A stretch of DNA of 64,000 nucleotides from an uncultured virus (IMG/VR IMGVR_UViG_3300027973_000051) (IMGVR_UViG_3300027973_000051), one strand, 5' to 3'; shown: positions 49,951-58,655, numbered from the stretch's first letter. The notes: generated by a model not told the origin, from the letters alone. Made by a program: numbers and translations.

Positions 49951-51594
49951 TTAAACTAGAAGTGTTCCCATAACAGTAACTGTTGAGTTATTGTTAGTAG
50001 TTGTTACTTGAAGTTGTACATTTGATCCTGAAATACCTGCTGAAATTGATGACGCTGAGCCATTTGTTCCAACAATTCCATATTCAGTAATTGCAATGTT
50101 ATCTGAAGAATCAAGTGTCAAAAGAACCTTTGAAATTTCAGTGTGAGTTCCGTAAGCAACCTTTACAAGGTATTCTGCTGAACGGTAATCAGCCTTAGCA
50201 AAAGCATGGGCTACTTGAATTCCTGCTGTAGGTGCTGAAAGTGTTGCTGCAACCTGCTTAGCAACTGAGTTTAACTCAACTGCTGTGAAGTTTGGAACAA
50301 CTGCTTCAAGAGCATCTACTGCACGAACATCTGTGAAGTAAAGGTTTGTTAAACCTTCTGTAAGGTCATCTGTATCAGAATCTGCTACACCGTTTTCTGC
50401 GGTAATAGTAAGTCCTGCACCTGTACCTGAGATTGTGATATTTGTTAGTGAAGCACCAGTCAAAAGATCTGCTGCTGAAGACTTAGCACGAGCATCTGTG
50501 AAGTACTGTGCTGTTCCTTCTGCTACATCATCTGTATCAAGTGCATCTGCGTAGTCCTTTGCATCTTGCAGTGCTGTTGCTGCTGCTGAAGAAGCAGCAC
50601 CTGCTGCATCGTAGTTAACAGCAAGTCCATCTGCATAATCTTCTGCATTTGATTGTGCTGTTGCTGCTGCACCTGCAGCATCGTATGCTGCTGAAGTTGC
50701 TGCTAGTGCTGCCGTTGAGAAGTCTGAAATATCTGCTGCATCTAGACCAGTTACAGAAATTGTTGCTCCTGTAATGTCAATGTTTGCGCCAGCGGTTAGA
50801 GTATCTTGCTTTCCTGATGCTACGCTTTCAAGATCAGCAATAATGTCTGGATTATTTTCAAGTGCTGTTGCCAATTCTTCAAGAGTGTTTAGAAGGTCTG
50901 GTGCTGCACCAACAAGATTTCCAACTGCTGTATCTGTGTAGTCATTAGCATCAGAAAGTGCTTGTGCTGCTGCAGATGTTGCTGAACCTGCTGCATCATA
51001 ATTAGTAGCAAGGCTATCTGCATATGCTTCAGCATCTGTTTGTGCTTGATCTGCATAAGTCTGTGTTGCAAGAATATCTGATCCCCACTTAACAGAAGAA
51101 CCTGATGCTGGAGTAAGAACGATATGAGAATCAGAATTGATTGTCATTGCTCCTGCGCCAGTGAAGTTAAGTGTATCTCCAATAGTCTTATTTGTTAATG
51201 TTTGTGTATCAGATGTACCAACAACATTTCCAGTTACACCGTGTGCTGATGTATCTGAAACGTGATCTGAAAGATCTGATGCTACTGCTCCTGCTGCGCC
51301 TGCTGCATCGTAATTGCCAGCAAGTCCATCAGCGTAGTCTTTAGCGTTTTGTTCTGCAGTATCTGCTGCACCATCTACATCAAATACGCCTGACTTAATA
51401 TTTAGTTCACCAGCAACAACTTCCATCTGTGTTGATTCAACTGATGTGACAAGTGTTTCTCCACCAATAATATCAACGATGAAGTCTTGTGACGCCTGGT
51501 TCTTTGTAAGAATGTCGTAACCATTAACTGTCGCTGTTGTACCTTCAACAATCAGACCACTCTTAATTTTAAAATCTTTATTTACTGTTGCCAT
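49951..51594 (-). CDS. Tail fibre-like protein
   Basis: YDAAGAA coiled-coil repeats, TDD..EG...YFTD.RA repeats, C-terminal beta domain (AEYLVK...TEYG). Confidence 0.7.
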   Translation of the reverse strand: MATVNKDFKIKSGLIVEGTTATVNGYDILTKNQASQDFIVDIIGGETLVTSVESTQMEVVAGELNIKSGVFDVDGAADTAEQNAKDYADGLAGNYDAAGAAGAVASDLSDHVSDTSAHGVTGNVVGTSDTQTLTNKTIGDTLNFTGAGAMTINSDSHIVLTPASGSSVKWGSDILATQTYADQAQTDAEAYADSLATNYDAAGSATSAAAQALSDANDYTDTAVGNLVGAAPDLLNTLEELATALENNPDIIADLESVASGKQDTLTAGANIDITGATISVTGLDAADISDFSTAALAATSAAYDAAGAAATAQSNAEDYADGLAVNYDAAGAASSAAATALQDAKDYADALDTDDVAEGTAQYFTDARAKSSAADLLTGASLTNITISGTGAGLTITAENGVADSDTDDLTEGLTNLYFTDVRAVDALEAVVPNFTAVELNSVAKQVAATLSAPTAGIQVAHAFAKADYRSAEYLVKVAYGTHTEISKVLLTLDSSDNIAITEYGIVGTNGSASSISAGISGSNVQLQVTTTNNNSTVTVMGTLLV

Positions 51595-51610
51595 TTTTAT
51601 ATCTCCTTAG

Positions 51611-52057
51611 TTATGCCTTAAGTCCCATACGAGCAAATCGTACAGTGACTGGCTTGATCGCAGGATCTGGAGTGACTGATAAAGCCACGGTATTTCCAGT
51701 GCGAGAGACATTAATGGTGCCAATATTCCCATCATTGTCAATTGTTCCGTATTCGCTAACTGATACATCTGTACCGTCAACGAGAATTGTTAGTTCGGTT
51801 GCATAGAATTTATTATCTCCTGCTGTGGTCTTTGATATTGAAACAATATACTTGACCATACGCCAAACTGTAGCATCAAAGTTATCAATAACAGTTACGT
51901 TCTCAATCCCATTGATTGTGTTTTCATTATTACCCATTGATCCCAGGTCTGTTGCCTGTGAAGAAAGTGTATCGATTAAATCTACATAATTTTCTTGAGT
52001 TGGTCTGTCTCCTGTTTGGAATAGACTCTTAACTCCTGGAACTGATATCTTAGCCAT
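51611..52057 (-). CDS. Virion structural protein
   Basis: FQTGDRPTQENYVDLID N-terminus; C-terminal domain resembles that of the 547 aa neighbour (KYIVSI...SEYGTI). Confidence 0.55.
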   Translation of the reverse strand: MAKISVPGVKSLFQTGDRPTQENYVDLIDTLSSQATDLGSMGNNENTINGIENVTVIDNFDATVWRMVKYIVSISKTTAGDNKFYATELTILVDGTDVSVSEYGTIDNDGNIGTINVSRTGNTVALSVTPDPAIKPVTVRFARMGLKA

Positions 52058-52090
52058 GTTGATATTATAACATGCCTTTTAACTATTTAA

Positions 52091-52315
52091 TTAAAGAATA
52101 TAGTTGCTGTAGCCAATAACCTGAAGAGGAATTGCTGGTGTATTTCCTAAGCCAATAGACTGAATTTGTATTGCTGTAAACTTAACCCTAAAGGGTAGTA
52201 TATCTGTGATTAAAGTGTTTACTCTAAAATCTTCTATCTGAATTAATGGATAATCAATAGTAAAAATTTGTTTTGTTTTACCACTAAGTTCATCAAGAAT
52301 TAATGCTGTAGCCAT
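52091..52315 (-). CDS. Hypothetical protein
   Basis: TAATG-coupled 74 aa ORF. Confidence 0.5.
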   Translation of the reverse strand: MATALILDELSGKTKQIFTIDYPLIQIEDFRVNTLITDILPFRVKFTAIQIQSIGLGNTPAIPLQVIGYSNYIL

Positions 52316-52725
52316 TAATCTGTTACATCTTCAAGAATTCTTAGGCTACCCTGGGCAACCGTCCAAACTCTTGTAGGATCTGAAACCTGAATATCAAAGA
52401 TGTCTCCTGTTTGAAGTTGTATTGACTCTGCTGCTGTTAACCAAACCGTAAACTCTCCAACAAGATCATCTTCATCTGCAACAGGGTATAAATTTAAAAC
52501 CAAAGTTGCATTATCTGTAATAATTCCAGGAGTTGAAGTAGGTCTCTTAACCTTCATAGCAATATCCCACTCAGATCCTTCACCTTTTAAAACCAAAGGC
52601 TGTTTAGCATCATCTGTTACATAAACCTTAAATCCAGAAGTATCTCCACGAACAACAGTCCAAATAACAGTTGGTGGGGCATTACCAATATCGTATGATG
52701 TCTGAGATCCTCTTAAAGTTGCCAT
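52315..52725 (-). CDS. BppU-like virion adaptor protein (paralogue 1)
   Basis: VRGDT...FDIQV...WTVAQGSLRILEDVT. Confidence 0.5.
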   Translation of the reverse strand: MATLRGSQTSYDIGNAPPTVIWTVVRGDTSGFKVYVTDDAKQPLVLKGEGSEWDIAMKVKRPTSTPGIITDNATLVLNLYPVADEDDLVGEFTVWLTAAESIQLQTGDIFDIQVSDPTRVWTVAQGSLRILEDVTD

Positions 52726-52743
52726 GATTAGATTATACCATCA

Positions 52744-53268
52744 TTAGGCTAGACCGTTCTTGAGTGCGCCCCAAGTACCGTTGCCTTTTGCCTCTACTAT
52801 AATAATCCCAGTTGCATTTGAGTGTGCAACAACCCCTACAGCACCACCTGCAGTTACTGGTTTACTTCCATCTACTTCTGGTCCAACTAAGCCACCTGTT
52901 TCTCCAACATAAAGAGTATCACCATTGTCAAAACTTGAGGTGTTAATATTTTGAAGAACTCCTGCTACAACACACACACCTGATTGACCATTTGTCAATT
53001 GTGTTTTTAATAAACCAAGAATTGGAGATGTAGTTGTAGGAAGTGCTTTTGATATTGTTGTTGCTGTTGAGTAACCTGTTGCATAAACAGGGGTGCCAGC
53101 AGAAAGTGTTTGACCAGAATTATTAATAACACTAACCTGAATAATAGATGTATCTATTCCATTTAATGCAATTTGTACGCTTGTTGCAAGATCTTTAAAA
53201 TCTCCATGAACATTAACTGGATCATTAGCCAGCGGATACTGTAAATTCCAATTTTCTGTGGTTGCCAT
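52744..53268 (-). CDS. Virion structural protein
   Basis: LQYPLANDP fibre-type N-terminus; NNSGQTLSAGTPVY...GDTLYV capsid-cement/fibre-like motif. Confidence 0.5.
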   Translation of the reverse strand: MATTENWNLQYPLANDPVNVHGDFKDLATSVQIALNGIDTSIIQVSVINNSGQTLSAGTPVYATGYSTATTISKALPTTTSPILGLLKTQLTNGQSGVCVVAGVLQNINTSSFDNGDTLYVGETGGLVGPEVDGSKPVTAGGAVGVVAHSNATGIIIVEAKGNGTWGALKNGLA

Positions 53269-53277
53269 AATAAATTA

Positions 53278-53325
53278 ATTATACCATGCTCAAATTTGAT
53301 TTTATGGACAAAATTATGCTATACT
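53278..53325. promoter_or_regulatory. Divergent promoter pair
   Basis: Minus TGGTATAAT (53278-53286); plus TTGATT-18 nt-TATACT with TG extension (53296-53325). Confidence 0.6.
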
Positions 53326-53373
53326 TGTCAGTAGACACCTACCAGGGTGTTATTGTTTTCTAAGGAGGAAACT

Positions 53374-53922
53374 ATGATTAAATTTATCGAAAGAAACAAA
53401 GAGATCATCAGCATACTCAGTATTTCTGCTTTAGTTAGTGTTATGTCAAATTCTGCTAATGCTACTATTAATGATTTAAAGCCCGAACAGGCTCAGAACG
53501 TGACAACAACCTCGCAAGAGGTTTTTTTGGTTTCTAAGCAAAAAAGGTTGGAGAGTTTTGCAAATAAGGCATCTCTAACTGATTTAGAACTAAAACAAAT
53601 GCTACACCTTGTAGGGTTCAAAGGAAAGGATCTTATTGAGGCTTGGGCAGTGGCAAAAAAGGAATCTGGAGGAAGACCCCTAGCATTTAATGGCAACCAG
53701 AAGACTGGAGACAGTTCTTATGGAATTTTTCAAATAAATATGCTTGGTATTCTTGGTCCAGATCGTAGAAACAAGTTTGATTTATCGTCAAATGCTGAAC
53801 TTCTCAATCCCGTGCTTAATGCACAGATTGCATTTTATATGACCGATGGTGGAAAAGATTGGTCCTCTTGGCATGGGTTAACTGCTAAGACCAAAGAATT
53901 AATGAAACAATTTCCAAACTAA
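53374..53922 (+). CDS. Secreted lysozyme-like/lytic transglycosylase
   Basis: AAGGAGG RBS; N-terminal hydrophobic segment ending ANA; AVAKKESGG (catalytic Glu), SYGIFQIN, WSSW. Confidence 0.8.
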   Translation: MIKFIERNKEIISILSISALVSVMSNSANATINDLKPEQAQNVTTTSQEVFLVSKQKRLESFANKASLTDLELKQMLHLVGFKGKDLIEAWAVAKKESGGRPLAFNGNQKTGDSSYGIFQINMLGILGPDRRNKFDLSSNAELLNPVLNAQIAFYMTDGGKDWSSWHGLTAKTKELMKQFPN

Positions 53923-53928
53923 AAACAT

Positions 53929-54807
53929 TTAGTCTAAATTAATCCCCACTATTTTTTGATATTGCTCAAAGAGTAGTGGGGATTTTATTCCATATTCACC
54001 TATATTTTTGTCTCCCGTTAATATTGCTTCAACCCTTTGATTTGATTTTGCTCTCAACTCTCCCCAATTAGGATTATCTTCCCAATGCAACCTTCTTTTT
54101 GAGTTTACTAAATTATAGTTTGTAAACATAAACTTAGTTACTGGAGAAACGATTCTAATACCTCGTGTGTACGCTCTTATGGCAAGTGAAAACTCTTCGC
54201 CCTCAAAATATAACTCTTTATCATATGGTAACTCCTTCATAATCTCAGATGTTGTAAAAATGCAGCCAGCACAAATATACAAAACCTCATCACCAAACTC
54301 TTTATCTTGCACTTCGGACCATGGCATTTTTGATCCGACTATCCTTAAATTTTTATCCCAATTAGGCTCAATTTTTTTTAATGTCTCATACGGTAGTGTT
54401 ATGTATGAGTCTTCTGTTAACTCAAAAGGGTCGGGGTAATTTGTTAATATTAATCTATCACCCCAAAAAGATTTAGATTTGTTATAATTATTTATAATAG
54501 TTGTATCCCAGTTTAAAGCAAACCTAGAGTGTGAGTCTATTTGTAAAAAATATTTACCTATAGGTTTGGCTGTCGCAATTGATCTTGCCCAACATGCACC
54601 TTTGCTTTCTGACCAATGAGTTTTAATATATCTTATCTGTTTATTTGGTATAAATGATAGGTCTGCATGTTCAGCATCTTCTGCTTGAGAAAATACTGAA
54701 AAAAACAATGAATCTTTATTGTCTGCATTTTCATAACAATTTTTTACGGTATTTACAAGATCTGGATCTCTATAACTTGCTATACTAATAAAGATTAGTT
54801 TATCCAT
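53929..54807 (-). CDS. GT60-like GlcNAc transferase (Gnt1/OGNT type)
   Basis: IFISIASYRD, GACWAR, LQIDSHSRF...WD, LTNYP, GEE...R.YT.G. Confidence 0.8.
   Translation of the reverse strand: MDKLIFISIASYRDPDLVNTVKNCYENADNKDSLFFSVFSQAEDAEHADLSFIPNKQIRYIKTHWSESKGACWARSIATAKPIGKYFLQIDSHSRFALNWDTTIINNYNKSKSFWGDRLILTNYPDPFELTEDSYITLPYETLKKIEPNWDKNLRIVGSKMPWSEVQDKEFGDEVLYICAGCIFTTSEIMKELPYDKELYFEGEEFSLAIRAYTRGIRIVSPVTKFMFTNYNLVNSKRRLHWEDNPNWGELRAKSNQRVEAILTGDKNIGEYGIKSPLLFEQYQKIVGINLD
53941..53988 (+). terminator. Terminator hairpin for the plus-strand lysozyme-like gene
   Basis: AATCCCCACTATTTTTTGA-TATTGC-TCAAAGAGTAGTGGGGATT followed by TTAT; the two non-Watson-Crick pairs are G-U only on the plus strand. 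Confidence 0.7.
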
Positions 54808-55379
54808 GATACAACTGCATACCTTGTACCACTTGTGACTTCTAGAACAGAATGATTATATACATATGTTGATGGAAACATGATTAGTTGATTTGCTTTT
54901 GGTTTAAACTTAATATCAAACCTTGGAAAAACTATTTCTCCGCCTTCGTAATCATCATTAAAATAATATACATTCGAAACAGTTCTTGGGTATTCTGGAT
55001 GGTGGTCAACATGATTTGTAAAAAACTGGCCTTTACCATATCTTAAAATATCATATGAGGAGTGATCTGAAAAACTAAGACCATAGGTTCCCTTATATTC
55101 TCTTTCAAACTTATCAAAGGAATTAAAGAATGTTTCTGAAAGTGTTTTTTCAAAAAAGTCTCTTGGTGTTGGGTATACGCCATCAAATTCTGATAAATAT
55201 GGAACATATATTGAATCTGTGTCTCTAATTTTTTTATTTTCTCCACTATCAATTGCTGCAGCATTCCAGGGGATAAGTCCACTTTGTACTACATCCTCTA
55301 TGTCTTTTGGAAATGATTCATAATCATCTAGTACATCTGAATATACTACAATTCCTGGTGCAATTTCTTCTTTTATCAT
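54795..55379 (-). CDS. Prolyl-4-hydroxylase-like 2OG-Fe(II) oxygenase
   Basis: LRY..GQFF..HVD, YFNDDYEGGE..F, FPS...NHSV..VTSGTRY; start re-called to MIKEE. Confidence 0.85.
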   Translation of the reverse strand: MIKEEIAPGIVVYSDVLDDYESFPKDIEDVVQSGLIPWNAAAIDSGENKKIRDTDSIYVPYLSEFDGVYPTPRDFFEKTLSETFFNSFDKFEREYKGTYGLSFSDHSSYDILRYGKGQFFTNHVDHHPEYPRTVSNVYYFNDDYEGGEIVFPRFDIKFKPKANQLIMFPSTYVYNHSVLEVTSGTRYAVVSWIN

Positions 55380-55380
55380 T

Positions 55381-55644
55381 TTACCATTTACCAATTGGGC
55401 ATGATGCTTTTGCAAGTGTTGTTTTTGCTTTCATAAAGCATCCACATTTTTTGCATTGAGTTGTTAATTTAATCATTTCTGGACAAGCCTTACAAATTTG
55501 GTATCTTATATCAGACTCTTCTTTTGGCAAAAAGTCAGAATTTGGATTTAACATGTCCCAAGGCTTAACAGTATCTGGATCTTTCATGTACCCAGCCATT
55601 TCAGCAATTTTATGAAATGCAGATTTTGTATTATTTTCTTCCAT
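55381..55644 (-). CDS. Small Cys-rich protein (DUF6171-like)
   Basis: R..ICKACP...QCKKCGCFM..K......CPIGKW. Confidence 0.65.
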   Translation of the reverse strand: MEENNTKSAFHKIAEMAGYMKDPDTVKPWDMLNPNSDFLPKEESDIRYQICKACPEMIKLTTQCKKCGCFMKAKTTLAKASCPIGKW

Positions 55645-55650
55645 TTAAAA

Positions 55651-55659
55651 ATTATACCA
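55651..55659 (-). promoter_or_regulatory. Extended -10 TGGTATAAT, leaderless, driving the Cys protein-P4H-GT60 operon
   Basis: 6 nt before ATG 55644. Confidence 0.6.
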
Positions 55660-55666
55660 TAGAGAA

Positions 55667-57913
55667 CTATACTGTGTCTGGACGGTCAAATACTAACATT
55701 TTTGTTGTAAAGAAGTTGTCATATGGTTCGCAGTTAATAGAAACCTTGTCTAGTGTCATATATACTGTTTCTATTAGTTCAATATTTTTAAAGTCTCCAA
55801 GTTCTGGTGAGAATATTTGATATGTAGCATCAATATCTACAGCCTTTATAAATCTTGTAACTCCATCTTTTTTAACTAAGACATAGTGAGACTTAGAGAA
55901 CAAATCTCCTTCAATATAAATAAACTCATCTTCTTGTGCAATATTAATAGCAACAATTTCAGTCTCTACAATATTTTCCATATCTAAAGATATATCAGAT
56001 GATTGCCATGTTGTCCAGTCTGTTACATTATCATCAATCTTAAGAGCAAGTAGTTTATCTCCCACCTTTAGTTCTCCTGCTGATTTTTTAGATCCTGGGG
56101 CTCCTGCGGTAAGTATGTCAGTCAAAATACTTATTGAGTTGAAGAAACCAAATGCTCCAAACGTTTCTCCGCCAGAAGGTACAAACGAGAAGGCTCCAAA
56201 TGCAGTAAATCCTGATGGAGTAAAGGAAAACGCCGAAGGCGTAAATGAGAATGCACCAAATGCACCGAAGGCGCTAAATGTTGCTGGTGCTGGATTGCAT
56301 ACGCACCGTCCAGCGCAATTAATTGTTCCAGCACATCCATCTGCTCCAGTACAATCCATATCGGCATTAGCACTACATGGTGCTGCAGTTGGTGCTACAG
56401 TAGCCGTTGGTGCAGGAGTTGTTGTTACGGTTGGTGCGGGAGTCGTTGTTACAGTTGGTGCGGGAGTTGTTGTTGGTGCTGCTGGACAGTCCCAATAATA
56501 AGCCAATGTACAAGGATTCTGGTAAATTGCAACTGGTGTTGAAGAACCATTACACTGTCTATTTTCAATCCCTTGATAAACTAAATTACAATTTGTAGGT
56601 GCAGGTGTTGTGGTAACCGTTGGTGTTGGTGAAGGAGTTGGTGAAGGAGTTGGTGAAGGAGTTGGTGAAGGAGTTGGTGTTGGAGTTGGTGTACATGTTG
56701 GAACTGTAGGATATCCAGGGTATCCAGATGTAGAACAAGATGTTGCATAGTCATTACATAAAGAACCACTTACATCATAACTTGCAGTACCTTGCTCAGT
56801 TGATCCATTTTGATACTTTGTTGAGCAATACCAAGTTGTCCCTGGTGTAGGTGTTGGTGTAACTGTAGGGGTTGGTGTTGCTGAAGGCGTTGGCGTTGGC
56901 GTTGTTGTTGGAGTTGGTGTACAATTTATGGTTGGATAACCACTTGTGCTTGTTGTTGCATCTGTTAAAATACCAGTCATACAAAAACTTTCAAGGCTAT
57001 CTAATGCTTGAATTAAGCCAACATTACTAGAGCCATGCACTAATACACCATCACAACATCCCGATGCATACCAAGTTGATGGTGCAGGTGTTGGTGTTGG
57101 TGTTTGAGTTGGAGCAGGTGTACAACTTGGTGTTCCGCTAGTTGGTGTTGATCCACAAACCCATCCAATTGGTGGATAACCATTTGCATTTTCTTGTGCA
57201 GCATATGCATCAGCACATGATGAAGATGTCTGAAATGGTCCATATCCAGTATTTGTTAAATCACAATAACCAAAGTAATTTGTTCCAGCAGTTGTAGTTG
57301 GTGTTGGAGTTGTTGTAGGTGTTGGAGTACAATTAACAGAAGGATAAGAAGTTCCATAAACAACAGTTCTTTGTGTTGGTCCTACTAAACTTTGTGTACA
57401 GAAACTATCTAATGCATCAAGTGCATTTGCTTCTGATGAAAGACTGCTTCCATGAATTAGTACACCATCACAACATCCTGATGCATACCACCCAGTTATT
57501 CCAGTGCTTGTTGGTGTTGGTGTAACTGTTGGTGTTGGTGTTGGAGTTGGAGTTGGTGTAACTGTTGGTGTTGGTGTTGGTGTTGGTGTTGGTGTTGTAG
57601 TAGATGTAGGAGCAGGAGTAGTTGTTGGTCCTGGTGTAGAAGTTGGTGCTGGTGTAGAAGTTGGTGCTGGAACATAAGCATAATAAATAAAACTTACATC
57701 TGACTCATACTGAACAAGATCTCCAGCATTAGGAAGTTGAGATGCAATTTTATCACTTAAAGATGCGTTAGATGTATTAGAAGATCCACCATTAATAGGA
57801 TTTAGTCCTGAACTATAAATTGTAGCAATTGCTTGGGCTGTTGTTAGGTTAGAAAGATTTGGTACTGTTACCATTCCTTTTGATGATGACCATAGACCAA
57901 ATGAGTTTAACAT
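55667..57913 (-). CDS. PASTA + Pro/Thr mucin-like + Cys-rich repeats + Phe-rich repeat + Hint domain protein
   Basis: VTVPNLSNLT..QA...SQLPNAG (PASTA-like), (TP)n linkers, WYASGCCDG repeats, FGAFGFFN|SISILT Hint domain. Confidence 0.75.
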   Translation of the reverse strand: MLNSFGLWSSSKGMVTVPNLSNLTTAQAIATIYSSGLNPINGGSSNTSNASLSDKIASQLPNAGDLVQYESDVSFIYYAYVPAPTSTPAPTSTPGPTTTPAPTSTTTPTPTPTPTPTVTPTPTPTPTPTVTPTPTSTGITGWYASGCCDGVLIHGSSLSSEANALDALDSFCTQSLVGPTQRTVVYGTSYPSVNCTPTPTTTPTPTTTAGTNYFGYCDLTNTGYGPFQTSSSCADAYAAQENANGYPPIGWVCGSTPTSGTPSCTPAPTQTPTPTPAPSTWYASGCCDGVLVHGSSNVGLIQALDSLESFCMTGILTDATTSTSGYPTINCTPTPTTTPTPTPSATPTPTVTPTPTPGTTWYCSTKYQNGSTEQGTASYDVSGSLCNDYATSCSTSGYPGYPTVPTCTPTPTPTPSPTPSPTPSPTPSPTPTVTTTPAPTNCNLVYQGIENRQCNGSSTPVAIYQNPCTLAYYWDCPAAPTTTPAPTVTTTPAPTVTTTPAPTATVAPTAAPCSANADMDCTGADGCAGTINCAGRCVCNPAPATFSAFGAFGAFSFTPSAFSFTPSGFTAFGAFSFVPSGGETFGAFGFFNSISILTDILTAGAPGSKKSAGELKVGDKLLALKIDDNVTDWTTWQSSDISLDMENIVETEIVAINIAQEDEFIYIEGDLFSKSHYVLVKKDGVTRFIKAVDIDATYQIFSPELGDFKNIELIETVYMTLDKVSINCEPYDNFFTTKMLVFDRPDTV

Positions 57914-57919
57914 TTTGAA

Positions 57920-58552
57920 CTACGCCTTCAAATCGCCAATAAGAATCCAAGTATTTGTATCGTCTTTAAGAAGTACCGCACCAGAATATTGACTTGCTAT
58001 TCTTTTGTTTCCATTCTTACTATTTATTGTTACGCCAACTGTTGCTCCAGCAATTGTAACTTCTCCAGAGCCGTTTCTAATAATTTCAATTTTTTGTCCA
58101 ACTACAAAAGGAACAGAACTATTTAGTGGAACTGTAATTATCTTGTCTGTTGCTGCAGTTACTCTAATTGTTTTACCTGCATCTAAAAGTGCAACTGTGT
58201 AGTTGTCTGTTTTAGAAAGAATGTGTGCGGAATCATTATATTCTCTCCATGCACCATTATAATAATATTGAATTTCATTTACAACATTTCCAGTTGAATC
58301 TTGTCTAACAAAAGCAACTACTCCATTTGCTGGAGATGTAATTGCAGCATCTCTTGCTGCTGGATTAAGAAAATTATTAATTCCTGCTTTTGCATTTACA
58401 ACACTATCAAAAGAAACAGTAGAGGCAAATGTGTGTGCCCCATTCCAATCAAAGTTAGCAGCAGTATTTGTTGAACCTGCTACTGGATACCAAGTATCGC
58501 TTCCTTGATCATATATATAAGCAATTTTTCCAATTGAACTAGTTGTTGTCAT
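57920..58552 (-). CDS. Fibre/adaptor virion protein
   Basis: AARDAAITSP..G motif; C-terminal domain homologous to that of the 766 aa fibre (ITVPLNS...WILIGDLKA). Confidence 0.65.
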   Translation of the reverse strand: MTTTSSIGKIAYIYDQGSDTWYPVAGSTNTAANFDWNGAHTFASTVSFDSVVNAKAGINNFLNPAARDAAITSPANGVVAFVRQDSTGNVVNEIQYYYNGAWREYNDSAHILSKTDNYTVALLDAGKTIRVTAATDKIITVPLNSSVPFVVGQKIEIIRNGSGEVTIAGATVGVTINSKNGNKRIASQYSGAVLLKDDTNTWILIGDLKA

Positions 58553-58655
58553 CTGATCTTAGCCCCAATGCTCTTAATTCTGCTTCAGTTAATCCAAGAG
58601 CAACCAACTTTGCAATTCCAATTTCTTTTAATTCTTGTTCTGATGTTTTAGCCAT
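58539..58655 (-). CDS. Micro-ORF (38 aa)
   Basis: Not in ORF track: MAKTSEQELKEIGIAKLVALGLTEAELRALGLRSDDNN; TAATG coupling to upstream gene. Confidence 0.55.
   Translation of the reverse strand: MAKTSEQELKEIGIAKLVALGLTEAELRALGLRSDDNN

Noticed and set aside
53326..53373. Riboswitch upstream of the lysozyme-like gene
   Set aside because: Leader is only ~45 nt with a 5 bp hairpin (ACACC/GGTGT), too short for a c-di-AMP or similar aptamer.
45423..56140. Diversity-generating retroelement (Mtd_N-like fibre plus two similar C-termini)
   Set aside because: No reverse transcriptase in the window; both copies are coding and differ at many synonymous, non-adenine-specific positions.
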